DNA of 64,000 nt from Candidatus Limnocylindrales bacterium (GCA_035559535.1 DATMBG010000043.1:1-64000); one strand, 5' to 3'; numbered from the stretch's first letter, positions 52,581 through 62,846 are shown. Numbers and translations: made by a program. Notes: generated by a model from the sequence alone, not told the origin.

Positions 52581-52656
52581 GCGGGCATAACTCAGCTGGT
52601 AGAGTATGAGCTTCCCAAGCTCAGAGTCGCGGGTTCGAATCCCGTTGCCCGCTCCA
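52581..52656 (+). tRNA. tRNA-Gly(CCC)
   Basis: Anticodon arm TGAGC-TTCCCAA-GCTCA; encoded CCA. Confidence 0.96.
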
Positions 52657-52892
52657 ATTTTAATTTTCTCTATTTTATCTCCTCTTTTAATTCCTTTACT
52701 TTCTTTCATATTTATTATCTACTTTTACTTTTTATCTCTCCCTTTATCTCCTCTCATTTACCTGACCATAAAGTATCGGTAACAAATTATTACCATTACC
52801 ACCATAAATTTTTTATGGTCTATTACCAAAAATGGGGATATAATAGATAAAGATTAAACAACAACAAACTTTTTAGCACCTACCCAGATAGG

Positions 52893-53957
52893 ATGGTACA
52901 GACAAAGGGGCCTATACCCACCTTCAGAGTACTGGCTTTTGGCCTGGGAATTTTCTTAGGAAGTTATCTTCTTTTAGTTGCTTCCCTGGAAGGGATTGCC
53001 GAGGAAAATAAGACTCTCCTGCAATCTCCTACTCCTCCTGTTGATCAAGCTGCAACCTTAACTTCTATATTGGAGACCTTGCAGACCGGATATTCTCCCC
53101 GTATGGTTCTAGGGGAGCCTATGGACGTGGAAGGTATTAAAATTATTCCGGTAGCTCTCATAGGGGTTGGTATTGGAGAACAAAAGGGAGATCAGGGGGG
53201 GAGTATGAGCCGGGGGGGAGGGGCTGTTATAAGCCCGGTGGGAGTGATTCTTCTCTCCTCCCGAGGGGTGGAATGGCTACCCGTTCAAAAAGGCCTTTTT
53301 ACTCAATTTCTGGAAGGGGTCTCCTCTTTATTCCTTACCATCTGGAAGATGAGAGATTATGCCACCCAACCTTCTCCATCGGTACCCGAAAAGATTGTTT
53401 CCCCTCAGAAAACTCTACTGACCAGGCTTTTTTGGACCCTTCCCGACAGATTTCGATTTGGATTCCTTCCTGTCCCTTTGGGGTATCAACTGCTTTTTTT
53501 AATCAGTTGGGTAGGAACTGTAATTCTGGCGGGAACTTTTTTTTCCGGTTTTCTGAATCGGATCGGGTCTAGACTGTCCGAAACCCCTTTACGGGCAGGG
53601 TTATGGGGATTACTTAGTCTTTTACTAACCCTTTTAACCCTGCTCCTACTTACCCTTTCTATCATAGGAGTTCCGCTGATGGTGGTCATCGGTCTTTTGA
53701 TGATCGGAGCCCTGTGGTTGGGTTTGTCAAGTATGGCTCTCCTTACCGGACAAAGAATAGCCCTTTCCCTGGGAGGTCGACCTTTGTCCTCTCCAATAGC
53801 GGCACTTCTCGGAGCCGTTCTCCTGGGTGCCCTCCGTTTACTTCCCTTTGTAGGATGGATACTCTGGATGTTGTTAAGTATTTTAGGATTTGGTGCGATA
53901 CTTTTAACCGTGTTGAGGAATCATACGGGAGAGCAAGGAGTTAGAGGAATACGTTAA
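52893..53957 (+). CDS. GerW/YtfJ-like domain fused to a multi-TM membrane domain
   Basis: VLGEPMDVEGIKIIPV..GGGAVISPVGVI; C-terminal TMs LSIIGVPL..LPFVGW. Confidence 0.65.
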   Translation: MVQTKGPIPTFRVLAFGLGIFLGSYLLLVASLEGIAEENKTLLQSPTPPVDQAATLTSILETLQTGYSPRMVLGEPMDVEGIKIIPVALIGVGIGEQKGDQGGSMSRGGGAVISPVGVILLSSRGVEWLPVQKGLFTQFLEGVSSLFLTIWKMRDYATQPSPSVPEKIVSPQKTLLTRLFWTLPDRFRFGFLPVPLGYQLLFLISWVGTVILAGTFFSGFLNRIGSRLSETPLRAGLWGLLSLLLTLLTLLLLTLSIIGVPLMVVIGLLMIGALWLGLSSMALLTGQRIALSLGGRPLSSPIAALLGAVLLGALRLLPFVGWILWMLLSILGFGAILLTVLRNHTGEQGVRGIR

Positions 53958-53998
53958 TCCCCCAGCCCCTGCTCCAATCCTGGAAAGATTAAAGAACT

Positions 53999-54505
53999 AT
54001 GCTACATTCTCTCAAGATCCGTTCTACCCTGAGTCTAATCCTTTTAGGACTCCTGGGGTTCATTTCACCTTCTGAAATAATAGCCGAGGAAACAAAGCCT
54101 GTTCCCCCTCCCCCAACAGTTCCTGCCAGCACGATAGGTGCCTTATCAGATCAAATTCAAAAAGTTCTATCGGCCAATGCAACCTTAGGACAGCCTATAG
54201 AGATCAAAAATAGAACCATTGTTCCTGTGGTTAGTATGGCATTTGGTTTTGGTTTTGGTTCCTGTACGGGTTGTTCTAAAATGGAAGCGGAAGGAGCCAT
54301 GCTCAACGGGGGTGGGGGGGGTTGGCTTAGTCCCCAATCTCTGTTGATCATTACAGAAAATAAAGTAGAGGTTATGGAAGCCAAAACAAGTATGATAGGA
54401 GAAATAATCAAATCGCTGACCCCTATTATTACAGAGGCTATCAAATCCAGGCAAGGTAGAACCCAGCCACCCAAAGAAGAAACTCCTCAAAAACCTCCCC
54501 AGTGA
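53999..54505 (+). CDS. Exported GerW/YtfJ family protein
   Basis: Signal peptide; LGQPIEIKNRTIVPVVSMAFGFGFG..GGGGGWLSP. Confidence 0.7.
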   Translation: MLHSLKIRSTLSLILLGLLGFISPSEIIAEETKPVPPPPTVPASTIGALSDQIQKVLSANATLGQPIEIKNRTIVPVVSMAFGFGFGSCTGCSKMEAEGAMLNGGGGGWLSPQSLLIITENKVEVMEAKTSMIGEIIKSLTPIITEAIKSRQGRTQPPKEETPQKPPQ

Positions 54506-54693
54506 AAACTTACAAGGAAGGTTTTTATCATTGATTCCTGGTCATCCAAAGGGGCCCGAGGATATGTGAGCTGATGACCTGACGGGGTTATACTATTTAA
54601 ACCTTCCTTTTACAAGGAGGAAGGGAAGATAAAAAAGGTTTCAACCTGCGGATTTAATATTCATAAGCCTGTAAGGGAGATTCAGGTAATCTT

Positions 54694-54993
54694 TCAAGGT
54701 TTTCCAGTTTTGTTTCCCAGGGCTTCGGCCAGGATTTTTCCGGCTTCTGTTAAAGTATATCTCCACTCTTTAAAATTGCCTTTGTCTTCGGTTACATAGA
54801 AGGCTTTAAAGTATTGGGGAATTCCTTCAATTCGATCATTATAAAAGACCGAGTAGCATAAATCATGGAGGTAGTGCTGGGTACATCCTGTAAGGGTCTG
54901 GAGTTGACTGGTTGTAAGTCCTGAGGGATTTTCATAAAGAAGTAAAATAATTTTCTTTTCCAAATTATCAAGCTGATGGACGGCCTTTATCAT
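54694..54993 (-). CDS. Small winged-helix-like hypothetical protein
   Basis: GLTTSQL helix, YTLTEAGK wing motif; RBS GGAGGTG. Confidence 0.5.
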   Translation of the reverse strand: MIKAVHQLDNLEKKIILLLYENPSGLTTSQLQTLTGCTQHYLHDLCYSVFYNDRIEGIPQYFKAFYVTEDKGNFKEWRYTLTEAGKILAEALGNKTGKP

Positions 54994-55244
54994 TTAGATC
55001 ACCTCCATGAATAATCTATAATTTTTTAAAACTACTTTCACTGGGATCAATTTTCGTGAGTTTTTATTTTTAAAAGTTTTTCAGGCTATATCGGTTTTCA
55101 ACATCTTAACTTGTAAATCTTTAGAAACGTATACTATTTTATAAAAACACTAACTCAAACAATCGGACCTTCCTTTTAGACATTTCAAAGTCTTGGGATG
55201 GGTTTCAGCGATGAGTCTTCGATTTTAGATAGGGGGAATTTAGT

Positions 55245-55955
55245 GTGATACCGATTCGTGATACGATAAGATCTCGAGAATATCCTTTTACGAATATAAC
55301 CCTTATTTTGATCAACGCCCTCGTTTTTTTTTATCAACTCTCCTTAGGAAGGGAAGTGGATGCCTTAGTATTACATTACGGGTTGGTACCGGCCAAGTTT
55401 ACACTATCGGCCAAATGGGAGGTGGATCCGGTGTTTCGGTATTTACCCTTTTTGACGTCGATGTTTCTCCATGGAGGCTGGATTCACTTTATCGGCAATA
55501 TGTGGTATCTCTGGATCTTCGGAGATAACGTGGAAGATCGCCTGGGCCATTTTCGATATTTGATTTTTTATTTGCTTTGTGGCTTTATTGCCGGATATGC
55601 CCAATATATTACCCACCCCCTTTCTACAGTCCCCATGATTGGGGCAAGTGGGGCTATTGCGGGTATTTTAGGAGCTTACTTAACCCTTTTTCCCCATTCT
55701 ACCGTAATTACCCTGGTTCCTGTTTTCTTCTTTTTAACTTTAGTAGAAGTTCCGGCCGTTGTGTTTTTAGTCTTGTGGTTCCTCATGCAGTTCTTGAATG
55801 GAACCATTGCCATTACTTTTGTCAGTCAGGCCACCGGCGGAGTTGCCTGGTGGGCTCATATTGGAGGTTTCTTAGCCGGATTTTTTCTGGTTCACTTTTT
55901 TAAAAGGCGGCGAGTTCCCAGATATTATGAAGATGAGGCCTGGCCTTCCTGGTAA
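55245..55955 (+). CDS. Rhomboid family intramembrane serine protease
   Basis: SMFLHGGWIHFIGNM, GASGA, AHIGGF. Confidence 0.95.
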   Translation: MIPIRDTIRSREYPFTNITLILINALVFFYQLSLGREVDALVLHYGLVPAKFTLSAKWEVDPVFRYLPFLTSMFLHGGWIHFIGNMWYLWIFGDNVEDRLGHFRYLIFYLLCGFIAGYAQYITHPLSTVPMIGASGAIAGILGAYLTLFPHSTVITLVPVFFFLTLVEVPAVVFLVLWFLMQFLNGTIAITFVSQATGGVAWWAHIGGFLAGFFLVHFFKRRRVPRYYEDEAWPSW

Positions 55956-55983
55956 CCCAGGGATTTTAGAAAGGAGTTGAGTT

Positions 55984-56814
55984 ATGGGAATTCTTGATTT
56001 ATTTTGGATTTTCTTTATAAGCTCTATGATAACTCCCTGGCTTCAGCAGAAGATCTTAGAAGCAAATCGGGTGAGAATTCTTCAGAAGTTGGAGAAAAAA
56101 CGAGGTTCCAGGGTCATTACCCTGATTCATCGACAGGAAACCATGAGCCTGTTGGGATTTCCTGTTATACGTTATATCGATATTAATGACTCTGAAGACG
56201 TACTGCGGGCCATTCGACTCACCCCGGATCATATGCCCATCGACCTGATTCTTCATACCCCGGGAGGACTGGTTCTGGCTTCTGAACAGATTGCCCATGC
56301 CCTCTGTAGGCATAAGGGAAAAGTTACAGTGATGGTTCCCCATTATGCCATGTCTGGCGGAACCCTCATAGCCCTGGCAGCTGATGAAATTCTCATGGAT
56401 GAAAATGCGGTACTGGGACCCTTAGATCCTCAACTGGGAGAATATCCCGCCGCCTCCCTTTTGGCAGTAATAGAACAAAAACCCCTCCCGGAATTGGAAG
56501 ATAAAACCCTTATTCTGGCGGATGTTGCTAAAAAAGCCATGAAACAGGTACGGCGTACTGTTAAAGAAATTCTGGTAAGTAATCAAATGGAAGAAAAAAA
56601 AGCCGAAGACCTGGCCATTCTTCTGACAGAAGGGCGATGGACCCATGACTATCCCATCAGTTGTGAAGAAGCACAAGAATTGGGCCTACCGGTAAAAAGA
56701 GACTTACCTGAAGAAATTTATCTGCTCATGAGCCTTTATCCGCAGCCGGCCCAAAGACGGCCTTCTGTACAATATATTCCCATTCCCTATCAGGAAAAGG
56801 AGAAAAAAAAGTGA
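55984..56814 (+). CDS. SDH/DUF114 ClpP-fold serine protease
   Basis: HTPGG, AMSGGT, LGPLDPQ, WTHDYP. Confidence 0.9.
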   Translation: MGILDLFWIFFISSMITPWLQQKILEANRVRILQKLEKKRGSRVITLIHRQETMSLLGFPVIRYIDINDSEDVLRAIRLTPDHMPIDLILHTPGGLVLASEQIAHALCRHKGKVTVMVPHYAMSGGTLIALAADEILMDENAVLGPLDPQLGEYPAASLLAVIEQKPLPELEDKTLILADVAKKAMKQVRRTVKEILVSNQMEEKKAEDLAILLTEGRWTHDYPISCEEAQELGLPVKRDLPEEIYLLMSLYPQPAQRRPSVQYIPIPYQEKEKKK

Positions 56815-57147
56815 TCAAAACCTCGCTCTACAGGGTTTTTTAAAGATTTTAAAAAAAAAGAAAAATTAAAAATTTTGCAAAAAAAAACACGAAAGGTAAA
56901 AATAATTGATAACTTTGTGATTCTTTCTTCGTTTATTCTTCGCCTTTAAAATTTATAAGAGTTGAAAAAATAAAGAGTTATATGTAGATTGATAAATGGA
57001 AAGGTTGAAAAACTCAGAAAGAAGTTTCCAGAACTTCCTCCTCGGAGGGAAGAGAAACCTGATAAGGGGTCAACCCCATACCTCTCAGGGAAGTTCTGGA
57101 GCTTCTTTCCAAAATCTGACTAAGGGTTAACAAGGAGGTGATGAACT

Positions 57148-57639
57148 ATGGTACTCACACGATGGAATCCTTGGAAAGAACTTGCCTCTCTTCATACCGA
57201 TCTGGATCGTTTATTCGACCAGTTCTTCGGCCGAATGGAAGGGAGTGGGTTCATGCCCAGGGCAATGCTAAGTAGTGGAGCTTGGCAGCCTGCTCTGGAG
57301 GGATATGTAAAGGATAATAACCTGATTGTGAGGGCTATAGTTCCAGGCGTTGATCCCAAAGACGTCAACATCTCCATTCATGGTAACACCTTAGTCATCA
57401 AGGGCGAGCGGAAGGCCGCTGAAGGGATCGAAACAGAAGATTACTACTTCTGCGAGATCCCCTATGGAAGCTTTGAGCGAACGGTAACGCTGCCTGTGGA
57501 AGTGGATGTGGATCAGGTCCATGCCACTTATAAAGATGGGTTGCTGGAGATCTCACTCCCGACCAAGAATTTCATAGGCCGGAAGAAAATCGAGATCCAG
57601 ACCGAACCTACCCAGGTAAAAGAATTAAAAGCTGCTTAA
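57148..57639 (+). CDS. Hsp20/alpha-crystallin small heat shock protein
   Basis: WNPW, PGVDPKDV, YGSFERTVTLP, YKDGLLEI, IEI motif. Confidence 0.95.
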   Translation: MVLTRWNPWKELASLHTDLDRLFDQFFGRMEGSGFMPRAMLSSGAWQPALEGYVKDNNLIVRAIVPGVDPKDVNISIHGNTLVIKGERKAAEGIETEDYYFCEIPYGSFERTVTLPVEVDVDQVHATYKDGLLEISLPTKNFIGRKKIEIQTEPTQVKELKAA

Positions 57640-57676
57640 TCCACAGGGTTTCTCTTCCCTCCGGTATCACCCCAAT

Positions 57677-57711
57677 AAGGCCTACAGGTTCTTACCTGTA
57701 GGCCTTTTTTT
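57677..57711 (+). terminator. Intrinsic terminator
   Basis: aaggcctacaggt-tctt-acctgtaggcctt followed by a T tract. Confidence 0.85.
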
Positions 57712-58047
57712 GTAAAAATCCCCTGACTCGATAATAATCTCGATAACAATAATGAAAAAGGTTTGCAGTTTTAAAAATAAAATCTGAATCTATCCTGTAG
57801 AGGAATACCAGGTCAATAGGGAAATGAGATAGAAAGAATAAAACCAACCCCACCCCGGACCTCCCCCATGCAGGGAGGGAAGGGGAGGGATTGCCTGTTT
57901 GAGGACCCTGCAGGAGCACCTCTATCCAGCATGCAGCCTCTTCAGCGGGCATGGACAGGATACGACTTCTTCAGTCAGAAGGGGTATTATTTTTTGCATT
58001 CTGTTAAGGCTTTATATTCATAAAGAATCAGAAAAAGGAGGATATCT

Positions 58048-58539
58048 ATGAAACAGTTTTTAATTCTTAGTTTGACCGTGGCATTGATAGTAATTCTTGA
58101 CGGGGCTATCCCGGCCCAGCAACCTCAGGAACCAGAGCAACATCATCCGCAACCGGCCCAAAGTCCTCAGCAACCTCAGCCTTCTCAACTTCCTCAACCT
58201 TCGGGACAACCCGGGAGCCCGATGGGACCTGGTATGATGGGACCCGGTATGATAATGGGACCTGGTATGATGGGGGGAGGGATGATGGGACCCGGTATGA
58301 TAAGAGATATGGGAACCCTGATGGGTAATATGTCTTCTGTACTGGAACAGATTTCCAAAAACCTGGCCCAGGGAAATATAACTCCGGATATGGCCAAGCA
58401 GATGTCTGAGGATCTCAATGAAATAGCCCAAATGATGCGGCAAATGTCTGAAATGATGGGTGGCGGAGCGATGATGAAGCGGATGATGGAGCGCATGTTG
58501 GAGATGCAGAAGAGAATGTCCGGCATGAAACAACCTTAA
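58048..58539 (+). CDS. Exported Met/Gly-rich helical protein
   Basis: Signal peptide, Q/P linker, GPGMM repeats; RBS AGGAGG. Confidence 0.75.
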   Translation: MKQFLILSLTVALIVILDGAIPAQQPQEPEQHHPQPAQSPQQPQPSQLPQPSGQPGSPMGPGMMGPGMIMGPGMMGGGMMGPGMIRDMGTLMGNMSSVLEQISKNLAQGNITPDMAKQMSEDLNEIAQMMRQMSEMMGGGAMMKRMMERMLEMQKRMSGMKQP

Positions 58540-58780
58540 TCAAAAAATTCTGTAAGCCCCGATAGATAAGGCATCTGTTAAAAATCGGATGCCTTATACC
58601 CATTCCCCGTTAAAAGGCTGCCTGAAGAGTAAGGGTGATTCTTTAGGATCATCCTTCAACAGGGTTATCACACCCTGTTACCCCTACGGGTTAGATCAAA
58701 ACATGGAACGGGTAAAAAGTTGAGAAGAAATATCAAAAGCTCGAAGGGGAAACAGCAACAAGGCTTAAAAAGGAGGGTTT

Positions 58781-59392
58781 ATGAGGCATAAAATTTCAAA
58801 CTATTTAATCCTGTTAACTGTATTTTCAATAGTATCGGGAATTACGTATCTTCCCCCCCTAGCCGGTTCCTCAAAAGAAGTTTCTAAAGAGCCTTCGAAC
58901 GATCCGGCTGATGAAGCCCTGGTTCAACGGTTTGAGTATCTAAGCAAACACGGCAATTCATCTTGTTCTCTATCGTTTCTTAACTCTATTCCTTCCATGC
59001 CAGATACAGCGCGTCTGCAGGGCTCATGCTGCAGTCCTATGAGTTTACATCGTTATAGCGAACAGATTAAAGGTCTAAAAAAATATAGCTCTATCCCGGA
59101 AATCCCATCGGATCCCTATGACATTGAGGTAAAACTTGCTAAAAAATTACTTACTTCGGACCGGAGCCTCCAATTGACTTCCGAGGAACAAAGGGCGTAT
59201 GATTATGCGATGCAGCACGCTGATGAGGGGGGACCCTGTTGTTGTAAGTGTTGGCGATGGTATGTATACAGTGGGTTGGGCAAATATTTAATTCGAAATT
59301 ATAAGTTTACAGGAGAACAGGTCACAGAAGTTTGGAATCTTTCAGATGGGTGTGGAGGGGGCGACAAGTCCGGTGGGCATCACCATACCTGA
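58781..59392 (+). CDS. Exported Cys-rich hypothetical protein
   Basis: N-terminal TM/signal; SSC, GSCCSPM, GPCCCKCWRW, DGCGG, terminal HHT. Confidence 0.75.
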   Translation: MRHKISNYLILLTVFSIVSGITYLPPLAGSSKEVSKEPSNDPADEALVQRFEYLSKHGNSSCSLSFLNSIPSMPDTARLQGSCCSPMSLHRYSEQIKGLKKYSSIPEIPSDPYDIEVKLAKKLLTSDRSLQLTSEEQRAYDYAMQHADEGGPCCCKCWRWYVYSGLGKYLIRNYKFTGEQVTEVWNLSDGCGGGDKSGGHHHT

Positions 59393-59686
59393 TGTCTATA
59401 CAAGAAAACACTTGAAAACATTATCGACCATAATCTGGAAGTATATGTATGCGCTGAACGAGAAAGAAAGCTTTCAGCATCGGGAGGTTTCTTTTCCAAC
59501 TCCTTTTGGATTGCCTCCTGAAAAGCTTCAAAACCCAGGGAATAGAGTGGTTTCCTGTTCACAAAAAAGGTGAGAATTCTGCTGGTCTGGACCTCTTTAC
59601 CTAACTCTACTTCCTTAAAGTCTCTGGTGTAAGCTGGGTTTCTACATCACAGTCTTAGGTAGGTTAGACCTCTTGATCTCCAGCTA

Positions 59687-61303
59687 TCAACCGATCTTGG
59701 TAAGGGTGATCATTCCCCCTTGCATGTGCATGGGCTTATGGCAGTGAAAGAACCAATCTCCTGGGTTATAGGCGGTGAATTCGATATCTACCGAACCCAT
59801 ATGGGCCTCCACATCCACACTATCCTTCACGATAGGAGCAGAAAGTTTCTGGCCGTTTACTGCCAGGACCTTGAAGGACTGGCCATGTAGATGCATGGGG
59901 TGGGCTTCCATACTGTGGTTAAAGAAACGAACCCGGACCAGGTCCCCCTTCCGGAGGCGTAGAGGCTCGGTCTTGGGATACTGCCTGCCGTTGATAGTCC
60001 AGGTATCAGAGCCCATCATCCCGCCGCTTAGGGTAAGGTTAAAGGTTCGTTCCTGCCCGAAGGGTTTTGGCAAGATTTCCTTGCCCAGACCTAAACGGTA
60101 GTGCCAAAGGTTCAAGCCGGTTATCCCCTCTGGTGGCCTGTCTGGTTCTATTCCTTCGTATCCATCGTATACTACCAGGACCCGTTCACCTGCAGCAGGA
60201 TGGCCGGGCTCGGCACAAAACAGGAACCAGGTACCGGGTCGGTTTGCTACGAAGAGGGCATCGTATCGCTCGCTGGGGGCAATGGGTATTGCATCCACCT
60301 CTACAGGTTGCGCCAATGGATTCCCATCTGTGTGGGTTACCTTCAAGCGGTGTCCCGCCAGGCGGAGGACATGGGTGTGGTCGGCACTTGCGTTGATAAT
60401 CCGAAGCCGGACGCGTTCTCCTTTGTGGACGTGAAGGGGTTCGGTGGCAGGATAGGCCTTTCCGTTAATGGTCAGGGTATCGTAAATGGGCCTCTGTCTG
60501 CTACCCATCATGCCACCCATTCTATCTTCCATTCCTTCACGATCCATCATGTTCTCCATCATCTGGCCCATCATGCCATTCATCATCCCTCCCATACTAC
60601 CACGACGGCCTGCGGTCCCTGCCCGTGTGCTCGGGAGTGGGCGTCCTATCCCGGTGGCCCAGTCGTCGAGAATCAAGGTGTACTCACGATCGAAGGTGGG
60701 TTCCTTTTCCTCCGCAGGTTCGATGATGAAGGGGGCATAGAGACCCAGGTCGAGCTGTCGATGCTCCTGGAAGTGGGTATGGTACCAGCGAGTCCCTGCA
60801 GGTCGGGCCTCGAACTCATAAACAAAGGTCTCTCCGGGCCTGACGGGATCCTGGGTGATTCCTGGCACTCCGTCCATGGGATTGGGCACATCCACCCCAT
60901 GCCAGTGGATGGTCGTCGATTCAGGAAGTGCATTCTTCAAGACGATCCGAACCCGCTCCCCTTCCTTGAGACGGATCTCGGGACCCGGAATCTGACCATT
61001 GTACGCCATGGCCTTGATAACTTTACCCGGAGCCAGCTCCCAGTCCACTTCCCGTGCCTCCAGATAGATCTCTCGGATTCCAACAGCACCCTTCTGTTGC
61101 CTGACACCCTCCTGTTCCAGGAGCAGGGCTCCATCACCAGCTATGAGGGCCAGAGTACCTAATCCTACCCGTCCAGATATTTTTAGAAACTCTCGCCGTG
61201 AGAAAGACTTCTCCTTTATTGCTGTTATTCCGGCATTATCCCTTAAATGCCCTTGATCTTTCATGATTCCGTTCCTCCTACTTTCTATGGAAGGTTTATT
61301 CAT
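59687..61303 (-). CDS. Tat-exported multicopper oxidase with Met-rich insert
   Basis: SRREFLK, HWHG, WYHTH, HPMHLHG, HCHKPMHM; start may be downstream. Confidence 0.93.
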   Translation of the reverse strand: MNKPSIESRRNGIMKDQGHLRDNAGITAIKEKSFSRREFLKISGRVGLGTLALIAGDGALLLEQEGVRQQKGAVGIREIYLEAREVDWELAPGKVIKAMAYNGQIPGPEIRLKEGERVRIVLKNALPESTTIHWHGVDVPNPMDGVPGITQDPVRPGETFVYEFEARPAGTRWYHTHFQEHRQLDLGLYAPFIIEPAEEKEPTFDREYTLILDDWATGIGRPLPSTRAGTAGRRGSMGGMMNGMMGQMMENMMDREGMEDRMGGMMGSRQRPIYDTLTINGKAYPATEPLHVHKGERVRLRIINASADHTHVLRLAGHRLKVTHTDGNPLAQPVEVDAIPIAPSERYDALFVANRPGTWFLFCAEPGHPAAGERVLVVYDGYEGIEPDRPPEGITGLNLWHYRLGLGKEILPKPFGQERTFNLTLSGGMMGSDTWTINGRQYPKTEPLRLRKGDLVRVRFFNHSMEAHPMHLHGQSFKVLAVNGQKLSAPIVKDSVDVEAHMGSVDIEFTAYNPGDWFFHCHKPMHMQGGMITLTKIG

Positions 61304-61433
61304 TAAAAGGTTCCTCCTGCCTTCTCCCCCCCCTCAGGGATAGTTTTTTCTAACCGGATCCCCTTTCCGTGTCAGGAAGGAGGGACTCACAGATTGCCTG
61401 GGTTCTCGCTTTCTCTCCCCCTCGTTTTCCATA

Positions 61434-61569
61434 GCGCCAGGATAAGAAGGTTAACCTCAGCGGGGCGACCTGTTTCACAGGCCGCTCCTCCGGAGCTTGA
61501 AGAAAATTCTGAAGACTGAATCCCCCGACTTGCGTTGGAAGCTACCCACAGTTCGCCCCTGACAGGGCT
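61434..61569. repeat. Dispersed ~135 bp repeat, copy 2
   Basis: Matches 32759-32894. Confidence 0.85.
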
Positions 61570-61669
61570 TCTTATCCTTCTCCTGGCGCCTATGCCCTCG
61601 TTTCTCCTTTCCCAAGTTGGGAGAAGGGGACAGGAGAAGAGGGGAAAGGGGAAGTGAGAAAGGTAAGGG

Positions 61670-62245
61670 TTAGCTCCTCTCACCTTGAATCAACCTTCTA
61701 AAAAATTTTAGGGCATCCTCGGAATCCCACTCTTGAGGTCCTATAACTTTCAAAACCAGTATCCCGTTCTTATCTACAATAAAGCTTTCGGGAACCCCGG
61801 TGGTTGCATAAAGTTTTTTTATCTTTCCCGTGGGATCCAGCAAAACGGGGAAAGTCAGATGATACTTTTGTATAAAGGGTTCAACAACCTGCTTTCCCAA
61901 GGCATCGATGCTGATCGCCAGTATCTCAAAATCTTCTCCTTTTAACTGATCATAAAGCCGTTGCATGGACGGCATCTCGTAAATACAAGGAGGGCACCAC
62001 GTGGCCCAGATGTTGATAAATACCACCTTGCCTCGATAATCTGACAACTTTCTTTCTGAATCATTTAAATCCGGGAAAGTAAAGTCCGGGGCCAAAGACC
62101 CTATTTTAAGAGGTTCAGGTTTTTGAAGGGTTTTTGAGCTTTTATCCCTCTGTATAAAAGCCAGCGCAAACACAGTTAGAACCAGAAGGATCGGGCTGAT
62201 CACAAGGATCAAAATTAGCTTTTTCTCCATACCTGATGCGGTCAT
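61670..62245 (-). CDS. TlpA/ResA-like membrane-anchored disulfide reductase
   Basis: N-terminal TM, APDF, WATWCPPC, GVPESF. Confidence 0.92.
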   Translation of the reverse strand: MTASGMEKKLILILVISPILLVLTVFALAFIQRDKSSKTLQKPEPLKIGSLAPDFTFPDLNDSERKLSDYRGKVVFINIWATWCPPCIYEMPSMQRLYDQLKGEDFEILAISIDALGKQVVEPFIQKYHLTFPVLLDPTGKIKKLYATTGVPESFIVDKNGILVLKVIGPQEWDSEDALKFFRRLIQGERS

Positions 62246-62352
62246 ATTCCAACAAAGTTGAGATTAGCCCGGACTTCCACTTTTCTCCTTTTAAAGTTTG
62301 AAAGTAGAACTTTTTGTCTCCCTTCAGGCTTTTTAAGTTAGCTGGCTTCAAG

Positions 62353-62712
62353 CTACCTCTGAAGCCAGGGCCATCTGATAGTTTCTGGGTTAAAAATTGT
62401 AGGACCTATCATTTTACCTTCCATAGTCACATTCTTCTTTTGCTCTGCAGTGAGTTTCGACAGATTTTTTTCCAGATCCGGAGTTTCCTGTAAGAGAATC
62501 AGTTTGCCATCGGGTGTTTTAAGGACATGGGCGCCATGGCCTTCCCCTCCGGGGCAGACTCCAGGCTCAAGTTTTACACCGGTATCTGTTGGCAATACAC
62601 AATAAATATGACCGGTAAGGGTCTGGGTTTCTTCTGCAGCCATGGTTACGGCTGCTGTGGAGATCAAAAGAATTGCACTTATAGTGGATATAATTTTTTT
62701 AAAACTAAACAT
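62353..62712 (-). CDS. Small exported protein with Cys/His motif
   Basis: Signal peptide; GHIYC..GVCPGGEGHGAH; RBS AGGAGG. Confidence 0.7.
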   Translation of the reverse strand: MFSFKKIISTISAILLISTAAVTMAAEETQTLTGHIYCVLPTDTGVKLEPGVCPGGEGHGAHVLKTPDGKLILLQETPDLEKNLSKLTAEQKKNVTMEGKMIGPTIFNPETIRWPWLQR

Positions 62713-62846
62713 GGTTACTTACCTCCTATTTGTCGGTAATTCGGTAAAAAGGTTAAAAAGATCTTTCCTTACTTCCGATTTTTTAATTTAAAGGGCTCTT
62801 CTCCAGGGTTAGAGATCTTCCCTCTTCTGACTCTATACAGGTAGAA

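Noticed and set aside
57050-57092. TPP riboswitch (aacctgat...aggga)
   Set aside because: Lacks the CUGAGA and P2/P3 elements, and the downstream gene is unrelated to thiamine
57958-57990. CsoR-type operator before the Met-rich gene
   Set aside because: The imperfect palindrome atac..cttct/agaag..gtat is too weak to call by eye
59390-59520. Sec read-through at the TGA ending the Cys-rich gene (TGA TGT)
   Set aside because: No SECIS-like hairpin seen, and GGHHT looks like a natural terminus
60101-61162. 353-aa plus-strand ORF
   Set aside because: Antisense shadow of the multicopper oxidase; no motifs
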